Below are positions 9,316-20,857 of a stretch of 64,000 nucleotides of DNA, in pieces. The position numbers were made by a program, and so were the translations under genes. How positions within the stretch are numbered: position 1 is the first letter of the stretch; each line of letters opens with the position of its first letter. The DNA comes from Hydrurus foetidus (lineage: Eukaryota): assembly GCA_900617105.1 (NCBI GenBank), contig UYFQ01000001.1, positions 5,022,001 to 5,086,000 of the forward strand, written 5' to 3'. Under the pieces are notes generated by a model. It did no database searches, had not been told where the DNA came from, and was given only the letters and a program-made list of their open reading frames with translations.

Positions 9316-12180
9316 ATGGCCGCAGCTAGTACTCAAGACGCGGCTCACAGCAAAGAAGCGGTTGATATTGCGAAGACTTTGGGGGTGGATCTGGAGAGCG
9401 GGCTATCGCCACAAGAAGCCGCATCACGCCTGGCCAAAAACGGCCCCAACGAGCTCCAGTCAGCACCGCCCACGCCCGCGTGGCGGCGCGTTTTGGCGCA
9501 GTTTCAAGACCCGCTGATTTACCTTTTGCTGGTGGCCATTGCCATCGCCGTGGCCGCATGGGGCGTCGACGGCTTTGTTGGCTGGCCCATAGACGCGCTG
9601 GTAATTGCAGCAGTGGTGTTGCTCAACGGAGCTTTGGGCTACCTGGAAGAAGCCAAAGCAAGGGACGCAGTGGCTGCACTTGCAAAGATGACCGTCGCCA
9701 AGTCTTCAGTCATGCGTGGCGGCCAGCGGCTACACATCAACAGTGCCGAGCTGGTGGTTGGCGACCTGCTGGTGCTGGCTGAAGGCGATGCGGTCGGTGC
9801 CGATGCACGGTTAACGCAGGCCGCATCGCTTCGCGTACTTGAAGCACCCCTGACCGGCGAAAGCGAAGCAGTTCTGAAAAACGCTGATCCACTTCCCGAG
9901 GCAGTGGCCCTTGGCGATAAATTGAACATGGTGTTCAAAGGCACAGCGGTAGCGCAAGGCACAGGATTGGCAGTAGTGACAGCAACCGGCATGGCGACCG
10001 AAATTGGCGCCATCGCAAAATTGCTCAAAGCCGTCAAAGATGAACCCACGCCGCTTGAAAAAGAAATAAGCCACATCGGGCGGCTGCTGGGTGTGGCGGT
10101 CATCATCATCACCGTGATTGTGGTCGGCACCATTTTGCTGATTTCAGATATTCAGTCCACAAGCGATGTGGTGGGCGTGCTGCTGTTTGGCGTGGCTCTG
10201 GCCGTGGCGGCTGTGCCTGAAGGGCTGCCCGCTATTTTGTCTGTGGTGCTGGCCCTTGGGGTGCGGCGGATGGCGGGCCGCAATGCGATTGTTAAAAAAC
10301 TGTCGTCAGTTGAAGCACTCGGCTCTGCAACTGTCATTGCAACCGATAAAACAGGCACGCTCACACGGTCTGAAATGACCATTGAGCAGATCGTCACGGC
10401 GTCTGGCCAATCAACCGTAACGGGCATCGGCTACGCGCCAGATGGCCATGTGCAGCATGACGGTAAAAACTTGAGCGCAGGTGCGCTGCTGGACGAGCAA
10501 ACCCTGCTACTCAGTTACGGCTGTCTGGCGGGTAATTCAACGCTCTCGCAGTCAGCAGACGGGAAATGGGCCGTTCACGGCGATCCAACAGAGGCTGCGT
10601 TTTTGGTGGCCGAACGCAAGCTGTCAAAAGATGCGGCCACAGTGCGCAGCCAACGCTATCAGCGCATCGGTGAGATACCGTTCACATCAGAACGCAAAAT
10701 GATGTCAAGCCTAGAGACTGACCAAGCAAACGGTGCGCAAATCATCCTTGTCAGCAAAGGCGCACCCGATGTGCTGCTTGAAAAATGCACGCATGTGCAA
10801 GTTGGCGCATCTACAAAACCGCTCGACGCGGCCCAGCGTGCGCAAATTCTTAAAGCTGTCGATACCTTGTCTGATGCAGCACTGCGTACCCTGGCGGTTG
10901 CCTACCGCCCCTTAAGCCAGTCTGAAGGCAAAACGAGCGCTGCTGAACTGGAACACGACCTTGTCTACGTTGGCACGGTCGGCATGATGGACCCACCCCG
11001 AGAAGAAGCCGCCGTGGCCATTGCACAAGCGCAGGCCGCAGGCATCCGGGTGGTCATGATCACCGGCGACCACCCCCGCACCGCCGCACGCATTGCATCA
11101 GACCTTGGCATCACCAAGGCAGGTGAAAACGGGCTGACCGGGCTTGAGCTTGACAAGCTGAGCGACGCAGATTTTGCGCAGGCCGTACGAACCACTTCAG
11201 TATTTGCACGGGTATCGCCAGCCAACAAACTGGAAATCGTTGCCGCGCTGCAAGCTGATGGCCAGGTAGTGGCCATGACGGGCGACGGCGTTAACGATGC
11301 GCCGGCGCTTAAATCAGCAAATGTTGGGATCGCCATGGGCATCAGCGGTACTGAAGTCACCAAAGAAGCCGCCAAGGTGATTTTGGCAGACGACAACTTC
11401 GCCACCATCGTGGCTGCTGTACAAGAAGGCCGCACTATTTTCGACAACATACGCAAGTTTTTGCGCTATCTGTTGTCGTCCAACATGGGCGAAGTGCTAA
11501 CCGTCTTTTTGGGCGTGGTCGGCGCCAGCGTGATTGGCCTGAACGGTGCGGCGCAAGGCGGCGTTGCTGCGGCTGTGGTGCTGCCGTTGTTAGCGACGCA
11601 AATCCTGTGGCTCAATTTGATCACTGATTCATGGCCTGCCCTGGCCATTGGCACCGACCCGGCAAACAGCGACGTGATGCTTCGCAAACCCAGACCCATC
11701 AATTCACGCGTGATTGACTTTCATATGTGGGCGGGTGTGTTTGAAGTTGGTTTGGTCATCTCCGTTGTAACGCTGCTAACTATGGACATGTACCTGCCGG
11801 GCGGCCTGATCGCCCAAATTGACGCGGCCACCGGCTCAGGCGACATTGCCACAGCACGGACTGCAGGCTTCACCGTGCTGGTCATGGCGCACCTGTTTCA
11901 ATGCTTTAACGCCCGCTCAGAAACACGCAGTGCCTTTGCCAACCTGTTTACCAACCGCTGGATTTGGGCTGCGGTAGTGCTGTCGTTAGCGCTGCAAGTG
12001 GCGGTCATCAACATCGGCTTTCTGAACCTGGCTTTTGGCACAGTGCCGCTAACACTGCATCAATGGTTGATTTGCGCGGGCATGGCCAGCATCGTGCTGG
12101 GGTACAGCGAATTGCGCAAGCTTTTGCTGAGAGTCTGGAAGGGGAAAACCAACCGTGTTGCCAGCCAAGCCAAGGCTTAA
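9316..12180 (+). CDS. cation-transporting P-type ATPase (type II, CtpF/PacL-like)
   Basis: TGES, VPEGLP, DKTGTLT, KGAPD, TGDGVNDAPAL. Confidence 0.93.
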   Translation: MAAASTQDAAHSKEAVDIAKTLGVDLESGLSPQEAASRLAKNGPNELQSAPPTPAWRRVLAQFQDPLIYLLLVAIAIAVAAWGVDGFVGWPIDALVIAAVVLLNGALGYLEEAKARDAVAALAKMTVAKSSVMRGGQRLHINSAELVVGDLLVLAEGDAVGADARLTQAASLRVLEAPLTGESEAVLKNADPLPEAVALGDKLNMVFKGTAVAQGTGLAVVTATGMATEIGAIAKLLKAVKDEPTPLEKEISHIGRLLGVAVIIITVIVVGTILLISDIQSTSDVVGVLLFGVALAVAAVPEGLPAILSVVLALGVRRMAGRNAIVKKLSSVEALGSATVIATDKTGTLTRSEMTIEQIVTASGQSTVTGIGYAPDGHVQHDGKNLSAGALLDEQTLLLSYGCLAGNSTLSQSADGKWAVHGDPTEAAFLVAERKLSKDAATVRSQRYQRIGEIPFTSERKMMSSLETDQANGAQIILVSKGAPDVLLEKCTHVQVGASTKPLDAAQRAQILKAVDTLSDAALRTLAVAYRPLSQSEGKTSAAELEHDLVYVGTVGMMDPPREEAAVAIAQAQAAGIRVVMITGDHPRTAARIASDLGITKAGENGLTGLELDKLSDADFAQAVRTTSVFARVSPANKLEIVAALQADGQVVAMTGDGVNDAPALKSANVGIAMGISGTEVTKEAAKVILADDNFATIVAAVQEGRTIFDNIRKFLRYLLSSNMGEVLTVFLGVVGASVIGLNGAAQGGVAAAVVLPLLATQILWLNLITDSWPALAIGTDPANSDVMLRKPRPINSRVIDFHMWAGVFEVGLVISVVTLLTMDMYLPGGLIAQIDAATGSGDIATARTAGFTVLVMAHLFQCFNARSETRSAFANLFTNRWIWAAVVLSLALQVAVINIGFLNLAFGTVPLTLHQWLICAGMASIVLGYSELRKLLLRVWKGKTNRVASQAKA

Positions 12181-12207
12181 ATGACCGCGCAGGTTTCTCG
12201 CCATTCA

Positions 12208-12221
12208 TTGATCAGCGTCAA
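12208..12221. promoter_or_regulatory. FNR-like box upstream of the third usp
   Basis: TTGAT-CAGC-GTCAA. Confidence 0.7.
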
Positions 12222-12314
12222 TACGCCAGCAGCACATCAACGCACACTTGCCAAGTCTATTTAATTGCGCTGCCCCGCATACCAAGTCGGGTCAGCGAAA
12301 ACTTTGGAGCCATC

Positions 12315-12737
12315 ATGAAAATCTTATTCGCCGCAGACGGCAGTGCCTTCACCAAAAGAGCCCTTAACTTTTTAGTGAGCGACAAATCGCTGCTGAGCCC
12401 CGGCGACGAGCTGGTGGTGCTGCATGTGCAAGACGCCATATCGGCGCAAATCGAGCACCAGCTAGGTTCTGCCGAAGTGACCGCCTACCAAACCAAGCAG
12501 GCCGATGCAGTTCTTAAGCCCATCAAAAAGTTTCTGGACAAGCACGGCGTCAAATACCGCTGCCTGTGGCAGGTGGGTACTGCCGCCAGTCAGATCGTTG
12601 CAGCCAGCAAGCGCGAACGGGTAAAAATGATTGTGATGGGCACACATGGGCACGGGCTACTGAGCCGCATGTTCATGGGCAGCGTGGCTCAGCGGGTGTT
12701 GGCTGTAAGCGAGATTCCCACGTTGCTGGTGAAATAG
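12315..12737 (+). CDS. universal stress protein (paralogue of 8007-8429)
   Basis: MKILFAADGS...MIVMGTHGHG...MGSVAQRV. Confidence 0.92.
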   Translation: MKILFAADGSAFTKRALNFLVSDKSLLSPGDELVVLHVQDAISAQIEHQLGSAEVTAYQTKQADAVLKPIKKFLDKHGVKYRCLWQVGTAASQIVAASKRERVKMIVMGTHGHGLLSRMFMGSVAQRVLAVSEIPTLLVK

Positions 12738-12868
12738 TTTTTAGCCTCTAGTACCGCTGACTTTATCAAGCCCCAAATGCCATTCAACACCGTTGAAAGC
12801 AGTGGTCTGCCTCACAGCTTTCCGTAGCATTTCACACTGCGGTGCTCGGTTATCAACTGCCAACGCCT

Positions 12869-13417
12869 TCAACCCATGCCAGTGCCAAATACCCGGTCCC
12901 AAAACCCACTTGTAACACCGTAACGGCGGGTCTGCACCTTGTTTGCGTGGTGAAGCGAATGCCACTGCTTGCGCTTTTTAAGCCAGGAACTCTTGCCGCG
13001 CCAATGGTGCACCGCGTGGTGCGTAATGGCATAAGCCAAATAACCTGTGACCAGGCCCAAACTCAAGGCGCATGCGTCCCACACGTTGCTCAGCAGCAAG
13101 GTCGGCAAAAACACCAGTGTCAAAAACAACGTCGCGCTAAACAGGGTGGGCGCACAAATAAGCGCGCTGGGTCGCGCATGATGCTCGGCGTGCCAGCCTT
13201 TGAACGGCTGCAGGCCGTGCAGTACAAAGCGGTGCAACACGTATTCAACCCAGGTCCAGCTCAGCAAACCGGCCGCGACAAGCAACGCCAGCTCAGGCCA
13301 CAAAGCCAGCGGAGCGCGCCATATCAACAGGCCAGATAGCGCCACCACCACGCCGCCGTACAACGCAAAGTCTGCCCCGTAAGCCGCCCGGCTATGCTCC
13401 AGCGCCAGCAAGGCCAT
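12869..13417 (-). CDS. sterol desaturase/fatty acid hydroxylase family membrane protein
   Basis: His boxes HRFVLH, HAEHH, HHAVHH, HSLHH; YGVTSGFWD. Confidence 0.85.
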   Translation of the reverse strand: MALLALEHSRAAYGADFALYGGVVVALSGLLIWRAPLALWPELALLVAAGLLSWTWVEYVLHRFVLHGLQPFKGWHAEHHARPSALICAPTLFSATLFLTLVFLPTLLLSNVWDACALSLGLVTGYLAYAITHHAVHHWRGKSSWLKKRKQWHSLHHANKVQTRRYGVTSGFWDRVFGTGMG

Positions 13418-13418
13418 G

Positions 13419-13949
13419 TCAGTGCCCGGTGGCGTCCGCCGGGCGGCTGGCTTCAAACAGGAACCAGGTGCGGCGCTCGCTTTCGTCGATGTAGTTTTCG
13501 ATCAGGCTGGCCGTGGCAATGTCTCCATGCTCGTCGCACACGCCGTGCGCTTCGCGCAAGCGAGCGGTAACGGTTTTGTTGTCGTCGCACAGCTCGGCCA
13601 GCATGTCGGCGGGCTCAACGTACTCAGCATCGTTGTCCAAAATCCGCTGGGTGCGGCCAATGTGGCCAATTGAGCGTAGAGTGGTACCCCCCAGTTTGCG
13701 AATACGCTCGGCAATTGGGTCGGCCATGGCGTAAATTTGGTCGGCTTGCTCGTCCAGCATCACGTGGTAGTCACGAAAGTGCGGGCCGGACATGTGCCAG
13801 TGAAAGTTTTTTGTCTTGAGGTACAGCGCGAACACGTCAGCCAAAATGCCGTTCATGGCGGCTGACACGTCTTTAGTTGCAGCGGCTTTCAGGTCGGTGG
13901 GGGTTAACAGCGGTGCGTTTTGCTTTTTCTGCGCAGTTTGTTTAGTCAT
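13419..13949 (-). CDS. dps: Dps family DNA starvation/stationary-phase protection protein
   Basis: KTKNFHWHMSGPHFRDYHVMLDEQ, AERIRKLG, DIATASL. Confidence 0.92.
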   Translation of the reverse strand: MTKQTAQKKQNAPLLTPTDLKAAATKDVSAAMNGILADVFALYLKTKNFHWHMSGPHFRDYHVMLDEQADQIYAMADPIAERIRKLGGTTLRSIGHIGRTQRILDNDAEYVEPADMLAELCDDNKTVTARLREAHGVCDEHGDIATASLIENYIDESERRTWFLFEASRPADATGH

Positions 13950-14092
13950 GGCAATGCTTTCTTTGGTCAGTTGAAAAGAAGTGTTCATTAGCGCAGGTGC
14001 AGCACTCAGGGGCTGTAGGTTGCAACGCCGTTGTACCCAGTGCATACGGCTTGACTTGATACGCGACGAGGTGTGCTTTTTATGTGCTGTTG

Positions 14093-14108
14093 TGTGCGTT
14101 AGCGAACA
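14093..14108. promoter_or_regulatory. candidate Crp/Fnr-family site (TGTGCG-N4-CGCACA type)
   Basis: TGTGCG-TTAG-CGAACA; would lie 21 nt from TATACT if the IS is removed. Confidence 0.6.
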
Positions 14109-14180
14109 TACAAAATCGTTACTGTAGTGGTCTAATAAAAACAGACAGCTCAATAGGTTGTTAAAACCGAAATGGCATAA

Positions 14181-15379
<1,199 letters not shown>

Positions 15380-15411
15380 CCAATACATACAAATGCCTAT
15401 ACTGCCGTCCA

Positions 15412-16125
15412 ATGAATAACAACCCCCAAAAAAATCACATTCTGGCCGCCTTGGGCGGTGCCGAATGGCAACGCTGGAAGCCTTTATTGGAGTACATAGA
15501 GCTGCCCCTTGGTCATGTTTTGTACGAGCCAGGCAAAACCTTGAGCCATATGTACTTTCCTACAACGGCCATCATTTCATTGCTGTACGTGATGGAAAAC
15601 GGCGCGTCTGCAGAAATCGCCGTCGTGGCTAATGACGGCTTGGTGGCTGTGTCAATGTTCATGGGTGGTGGCTCCACGCCCAGCCGTGCCGTGGTGCAAA
15701 GCGCGGGGCATGGCTTTCGCCTGAAGGCCAAGGACATGAAGGACGAGTTTGACCGGGGAGGCGCAGTTCTGCGTCTGCTGCTGCGCTACACCCAGGCGTT
15801 GATTACTCAAATGTCGCAAACGGCCGTTTGCAACCGCCACCATTCGCTAGACCAGCAGTTGTGCCGCTGGCTGCTGCTCAGTTTGGACAGGCTGGACGGT
15901 GATGAGCTGGTCATGACGCAAGAGCTGATAGCCAACATGCTCGGCGTGCGCCGCGAGGGCGTGACCGAGAGCGCCACCAAGCTGCAAACCGCCGGGCTGA
16001 TTCGTTATGCGCGTGGTCGCATCACTGTGCTGGACAGGCCAGGCCTTGAAAAACGCACCTGCGAATGCTATGGCGTCGTCAAAAAAGAATATGACCGACT
16101 GCTGCCTGCAAAAATTGCCAAATAG
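15412..16125 (+). CDS. Crp/Fnr family transcriptional regulator
   Basis: NHILAAL, YFPTTAIIS, QQLCRWLL, TQELIANMLGVRREGVT. Confidence 0.92.
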   Translation: MNNNPQKNHILAALGGAEWQRWKPLLEYIELPLGHVLYEPGKTLSHMYFPTTAIISLLYVMENGASAEIAVVANDGLVAVSMFMGGGSTPSRAVVQSAGHGFRLKAKDMKDEFDRGGAVLRLLLRYTQALITQMSQTAVCNRHHSLDQQLCRWLLLSLDRLDGDELVMTQELIANMLGVRREGVTESATKLQTAGLIRYARGRITVLDRPGLEKRTCECYGVVKKEYDRLLPAKIAK

Positions 16126-16183
16126 CGCTGGGCTGTAGTCCATCGCCGCTTTTTCGCAGTTTTCATCGCAAGTTTCAGCGCTA

Positions 16184-16199
16184 TGTGCGGTACCCCGCA
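16184..16199 (+). promoter_or_regulatory. degenerate candidate Crp/Fnr site
   Basis: TGTGCG-GTAC-CCCGCA with TAACCT exactly 21 nt downstream (16221). Confidence 0.45.
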
Positions 16200-16317
16200 G
16201 AAACTGGCCCAAGTTTGCGCTAACCTTGCGCATCGTTCAAGTCTGCTACATTTTCAGCAGCAGGGCCGTGGCATATTCCTTCACCTTGAAGGGCAGCAGC
16301 GCACCAGAGAGTCCCTC

Positions 16318-17007
16318 ATGGCTTCCCCCAGTAACCACCTGATTGATTTGCTTCCCCGCAAAGACCGCTTGCGCTTTATCGACGCCTGCGAGCATATTGA
16401 ATTGCCTTTGGCCCAAGTGCTGTGTGAGCCCGGCAAGCCCACCAAATACGTGTATTTTCCTACCGAGGGTTTTATATCGTTAATCGCTGTAGTTAAAGGC
16501 AGCCCCGGCGTAGAAGTTGGCATGGTGGGCCGCGAAGGCATGCTGGGCGTGCAATTGGCACTCGGTGTGGCCACTGCCCCGCTGCATGCGCTGGTACAAG
16601 GCTCGGGTACGGCATGGCGAATTGGCACCAAAGCCTTCAAGGCGGAGCTGGCTGCCAGCCCGCCGCTGCAAAGCGAGCTGCATCGCTACCTGTATGTGCT
16701 GATGGCGCAATTAGCTGAATCAGCCGCTTGCGTGCGGTTTCATCAAATCGGCCCCCGCCTGGCACGCTGGCTGCTGATGAGCCAGGACCGCTCGCAAACC
16801 AACACGTTTGAAGTTACGCAAGAGTTTTTGGCATACATGCTGGGTGTAAGGCGCGTCGGCATCACTGCTGCAGCTGGGGCGCTACAAAAAAGCGGCCTGA
16901 TCAGTTACAGCCGGGGCAAGCTGACCGTTCTTAACCGCAAGGGACTGGAGCACGCAGCCTGCGGGTGCTACGAGGCTGACCAAAAGACCTACGCCGACCT
17001 GCTGTAG
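16318..17007 (+). CDS. Crp/Fnr family transcriptional regulator (second paralogue)
   Basis: YFPTEGFIS, GMVGREG, RLARWLL, TQEFLAYMLGVRRVGIT. Confidence 0.92.
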   Translation: MASPSNHLIDLLPRKDRLRFIDACEHIELPLAQVLCEPGKPTKYVYFPTEGFISLIAVVKGSPGVEVGMVGREGMLGVQLALGVATAPLHALVQGSGTAWRIGTKAFKAELAASPPLQSELHRYLYVLMAQLAESAACVRFHQIGPRLARWLLMSQDRSQTNTFEVTQEFLAYMLGVRRVGITAAAGALQKSGLISYSRGKLTVLNRKGLEHAACGCYEADQKTYADLL

Positions 17008-17050
17008 GAGCCCTGTGTTTTAAGCATATTTAAAGTGCCTTTTGGCCGGT

Positions 17051-17090
17051 GAGCCAATAGATACGGGCGCGAGCAGCTATTAAATTTATC
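17051..17090 (-). repeat. REP-like element copy 2
   Basis: ATACGGGCGCGAGCAGCTAT (reverse orientation). Confidence 0.8.
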
Positions 17091-17236
17091 TATTCTGTTC
17101 AAGGGTTCAGACTGACCTTGGCCGTGCACGAATTGCAATCAAAGCAAGGTTCGGTGCCGCACATAAAAACTTGCAAAAGTTCTCTGAAGGCCTATAGTCC
17201 ATTTTCGGTTGACATATCAAACCGCCCATCCAAGGA

Positions 17237-17692
17237 TTGCATATGACCACGACTATGACCTCCGTTGAACAACTCCCCCTTTATTCTTTGGTGTATACGT
17301 CAACGGCCAGTCGTCCGCTGGCAAAAAATGACCTTGAGCGTATTCTTGACAACGCGAGGAAGCGAAATCTGGAAGAGCAAGTCACGGGTTTATTGCTGTT
17401 CACAGAGGGCAAATTCATGCAGTATCTGGAAGGCCCGCAAAGCGGCGTTCTCGCCATATTTGAAGCCATTAAAAAATCCACCTTGCACCATCAAATCGTG
17501 GAAGTCAGCCGACAGGCCGTGAGCGCGCGTGAGTATGGCGACTGGTCTATGGCTTTTTTGGCAGACGTTGATGCGCACGCACTACCGGACGATGCAAAAG
17601 ATGCGCCGCTGAGAAGCAACCTGGAAGCGAAAGCCACCCCTACCTCGTCTGCCGCCCATCACCAGCTAGCTGAATTCTGGAAAAAGCCTTAA
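17237..17692 (+). CDS. stand-alone BLUF-domain blue-light sensor
   Basis: LVYTSTA...ARKRN...VTGLLLF...FMQYLEGP...H...WSM; conserved Tyr/Gln/Met present. Confidence 0.9.
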   Translation: MHMTTTMTSVEQLPLYSLVYTSTASRPLAKNDLERILDNARKRNLEEQVTGLLLFTEGKFMQYLEGPQSGVLAIFEAIKKSTLHHQIVEVSRQAVSAREYGDWSMAFLADVDAHALPDDAKDAPLRSNLEAKATPTSSAAHHQLAEFWKKP

Positions 17693-17865
17693 ACAGCCTA
17701 CGCATCCCATAATTCGGCCAGCGAATTTGCCCTTGAACCGCCTGTGGTCGCTTCGCGGCCGCCCAAAAAACCTACGCTGAGTTGTTGTAACGGCACATCA
17801 AGCATCAGCAGGGCTTGTGGCGGCCCCAAAATGCCTTAAAAACACCAGTTTTAGGCATAATTTAG

Positions 17866-17913
17866 TGCTGTAGCCCAATAAATACGGGCGCGAGCAGCTC
17901 CTGAATATATAGC
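17866..17913 (-). repeat. REP-like element copy 3, with adjacent hairpin at 17831-17858
   Basis: GCCCAATAAATACGGGCGCGAGCAGCTCCTGAATATATAGC. Confidence 0.88.
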
Positions 17914-17974
17914 ATTTATCGTTAGCTATTGTTAAAAAATGCTTGAAAAATAAGATTCGTTACAACGCGTACTG

Positions 17975-17990
17975 TGTGCGTTATCGCACA
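17975..17990. promoter_or_regulatory. candidate Crp/Fnr-family site
   Basis: Perfect TGTGCG-TTAT-CGCACA. Confidence 0.65.
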
Positions 17991-18060
17991 GACACCGGCC
18001 CTACAAAAACAGACGATGAAGTCCTACGCAGCTTAAGCGTTATTCATCAGGAGGCTCCCC

Positions 18061-18471
18061 GTGATTCAGCTAGCTCAAACCGCCTCACAGTACCCTAACC
18101 GTGCCGCACCCTCCGTGCTTGACACCTTTAGAGCAGAACACATGGCATCAGCACTGCATCGCCCTATTCCCAGCCCAGAGCCAGACCCAGAACCCAACCC
18201 TGGGCCAGACGCCATCAACAACGGGCACATAAATGGGAACAGCAACATTTCTGCTGCCGACTGGGACGAGTTATTTCACGCCATACAAACGCGGCTGGAA
18301 CACTGCGTGAGTGATGCGTTTCATAAAGCGCCTGAACTGCCCGCGCATGAACGCCAGGAAGTTATCAAGGCGACTGTTCTGCAATGCGTTGAAGCCATGC
18401 AGCAGTTGCACGCAGCGCTAACCACAGAACGCGCAGAAATCGAAGCGCGCCGGCAGCTGCACGGGCATTGA
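18061..18471 (+). CDS. hypothetical protein (Pro-rich linker, helical C-terminus)
   Basis: AGGAGG RBS before GTG; DWDELFHAIQTRL...VLQCVEAMQQLH. Confidence 0.6.
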   Translation: MIQLAQTASQYPNRAAPSVLDTFRAEHMASALHRPIPSPEPDPEPNPGPDAINNGHINGNSNISAADWDELFHAIQTRLEHCVSDAFHKAPELPAHERQEVIKATVLQCVEAMQQLHAALTTERAEIEARRQLHGH

Positions 18472-18920
18472 CCAGCGTGCCAACGCAAACCAATGTGCCG
18501 CCGTTTTCAATGACCAACGGCCTTTGTAGCCAGAGCTTTGACAACATGATCGGCGCGTACAAAACCTGCGGCGGAACCGCCAGAGCCGATGACCTGGCAC
18601 TGCTGCTAGAGGAAAGAAAAAAAGGCGACTTTGTGAGCCTGGCCAAGCGTATTGTGTCCCGCGACGTCTTTAGCTTTGAGTGGCAAAACCACTTTTGGGT
18701 GCCGATGTTTCAGTTCAATTCCCAAGACATGTCGGTCAAACAGGAAGTGCGGCGTGTGGCTCATGAACTGCACGCGGTGCTCGACAATTGGACACTGGCC
18801 CTTTGGTTTACCGAGCCCAACGCATGGTTAAAAGGCAAACGCCCGGTGGACATGGTTGACCGCCAATTTTCAGAAGTGCTGCACGCAGCGCGAGCTGATC
18901 GGTTTGTGGCTTCTGGCTAG
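18468..18920 (+). CDS. hypothetical protein with an Xre/MbcA/ParS-like C-terminus
   Basis: 4-nt overlap with the upstream ORF; WVPMFQF, LALWFTEPNAWLKGKRPVD. Confidence 0.65.
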   Translation: MTSVPTQTNVPPFSMTNGLCSQSFDNMIGAYKTCGGTARADDLALLLEERKKGDFVSLAKRIVSRDVFSFEWQNHFWVPMFQFNSQDMSVKQEVRRVAHELHAVLDNWTLALWFTEPNAWLKGKRPVDMVDRQFSEVLHAARADRFVASG

Positions 18921-19846
18921 GCACCAGCCAGCGACACCAGCGTTCCTGCGTCCCCGGCCATCATGGCCTCAATGTGCTCAAGAGAGCCGATCACCGCGCG
19001 CTGACCGCTTTGACAAACAAAGCTGCAAGCAGCCTCCACTTTGGGCGCCATTGAGCCGCTGGCAAAGGTATGCGACCGCAAAAACGCCGGGGTCGTGCGG
19101 CAAATTGCATTTTGACTGGGTTGGCCCCAGTCCATGAATACCGCCTCCACATCAGTCGCAATTAGCAGGCAATCGGCTTTCAGCGCAATCGCCAGCAAGC
19201 TGGCAGTCAAGTCTTTGTCTATCACGGCCTCTACGCCTGAACAGGCATTGGTTTTGGCATCGCGCACCACAGGTATGCCGCCGCCGCCCGCCGCAATCAG
19301 CAGCGCGCCTGAATCCACCAGGCTCGTCAACGCGTGCAAGTTCAACACGCGCAGCGGCCGGGGCGACGCCACCACGCGCCTGAAACCGTTTTTATCGGGC
19401 GGCCCATCAGCGGCTACTGCCCAATTGTTTTGCTTGGCCAAGCGCTCGGCTTCTTGCTGGCTGTACATCGGCCCGATGGGTTTGGTCGGGTGCGCAAAAG
19501 CACTGTCGTTTGCATCTACCTCTACCCGCGTGATCAGGCTAACCACTTGTCTGCTGGGCGGCAGCAGGTTGCTTAAAGCTTGCTCCAATAAGTACCCGAC
19601 CATGCCTTGAGATTCAGCGCCCAATACATCCAGCGGATACGGGGAAACGGCAGTGTAGGCAGCAGCTTGCAGCGCCAGCAAACCCACTTGCGGGCCGTTG
19701 CCATGCGTCAAGATCACGTCGTGTTTTTTAGCTACACGGGCCAATTGCGCAGCAGCGCTGGTGATGTTGGCGAGTTGGTTCTCAAAGCTCAGGGCTTCAC
19801 CCCGCCTGAGCATGGCGTTGCCGCCCAGTGCAATCAACACTCTCAT
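18917..19846 (-). CDS. arcC: carbamate kinase
   Basis: [33 protein letters not shown]. Confidence 0.96.
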   Translation of the reverse strand: MRVLIALGGNAMLRRGEALSFENQLANITSAAAQLARVAKKHDVILTHGNGPQVGLLALQAAAYTAVSPYPLDVLGAESQGMVGYLLEQALSNLLPPSRQVVSLITRVEVDANDSAFAHPTKPIGPMYSQQEAERLAKQNNWAVAADGPPDKNGFRRVVASPRPLRVLNLHALTSLVDSGALLIAAGGGGIPVVRDAKTNACSGVEAVIDKDLTASLLAIALKADCLLIATDVEAVFMDWGQPSQNAICRTTPAFLRSHTFASGSMAPKVEAACSFVCQSGQRAVIGSLEHIEAMMAGDAGTLVSLAGA

Positions 19847-20841
19847 GCCAGGGTAGCGACCAGAATCGCCTTGATGGTGTGCATGCGGTTCTCGGCCTGG
19901 GTGAACACAATCGATGCATCGGATTCAAACACCTCGTCGGTGACTTCGATTTCGCTCAAGCCATACTTTTCATGAATCTCCCGGCCTACTTCGGTCTCTA
20001 AATTGTGAAAAGCTGGCAGGCAGTGCATGAACTTGGTACGCGGCTTGCCAGTGGCATGCATGAGCTTCGTGGTTACCTGGTACGGCAGCAACTGCGCGAT
20101 GCGTTTTTTCCAGATGCTTTCAGCCTCGCCCATCGACACCCACACGTCTGTGTACAAAAAGTCGGCGTCCTGCACGGCTTTAACCGGGTCTACTTCAAGC
20201 GTGATTTTGGCGCCCGTGGTTTTGGCGAGCGCGCGCATTTCGGCTACCAATTGCGCTGGTGGTTGCAACTCTTTTGGCGATGCAATTCGCACGTCCATGC
20301 CCATTTGCGTGCCGCCCACCAACAGCGAGCAACCCATATTGAAGCTGGCGTCGCCCAGGTAGCAAAACGACAGCTCATGCAGCGGCTTTTCACCAAACTC
20401 TTGCATGGTGAGCAAGTCGGCCAAGATTTGTGTGGGGTGGGCCTCGTCAGTCAGGCCGTTCCACACCGGTACGTGTGAAAAGCGGGCCAGGTCTTCAACC
20501 ACCGTCTGGTGAAAGCCCCGATATTCAATGCCGTCAAACAACCGGCCCAACACGCGCGCCGTATCTTTGAGTGATTCTTTGTGCCCCATTTGCGAGCTGG
20601 CTGAATCCAGAAACGTCACGTGCCCACCCTGGTCATGCACCGCCACTTCAAACGAGCAGCGGGTGCGGGTTGATGCCTTTTCAAATATCAGCGCAATGTT
20701 TTTACCCTTCAAACGCGGGTATTCGTTGCCTGCGTATTTGGAGCGTTTGAGCTCTTGCGCCAGGTCAATCAAAAAGCGAATGTCGCGCGGGGAGAAGTCT
20801 TTAAGGTCGAGCAGGCTGCGGTTGCGAAGGTTAAAGCTCAT
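19843..20841 (-). CDS. arcB: ornithine carbamoyltransferase (catabolic context)
   Basis: [20 protein letters not shown]; lies within the arc operon. Confidence 0.93.
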   Translation of the reverse strand: MSFNLRNRSLLDLKDFSPRDIRFLIDLAQELKRSKYAGNEYPRLKGKNIALIFEKASTRTRCSFEVAVHDQGGHVTFLDSASSQMGHKESLKDTARVLGRLFDGIEYRGFHQTVVEDLARFSHVPVWNGLTDEAHPTQILADLLTMQEFGEKPLHELSFCYLGDASFNMGCSLLVGGTQMGMDVRIASPKELQPPAQLVAEMRALAKTTGAKITLEVDPVKAVQDADFLYTDVWVSMGEAESIWKKRIAQLLPYQVTTKLMHATGKPRTKFMHCLPAFHNLETEVGREIHEKYGLSEIEVTDEVFESDASIVFTQAENRMHTIKAILVATLA

Positions 20842-20857
20842 GGTGTTGGTCCATTTT

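Noticed and set aside
11964..12314. 257-aa extended USP
   Set aside because: It overlaps the ATPase 3' end; the RBS and paralogue alignment support ATG 12315.
14032..14047. TGTACCCAGTGCATAC as another Crp-type site for dps
   Set aside because: Spacer is one base short and there are several mismatches.
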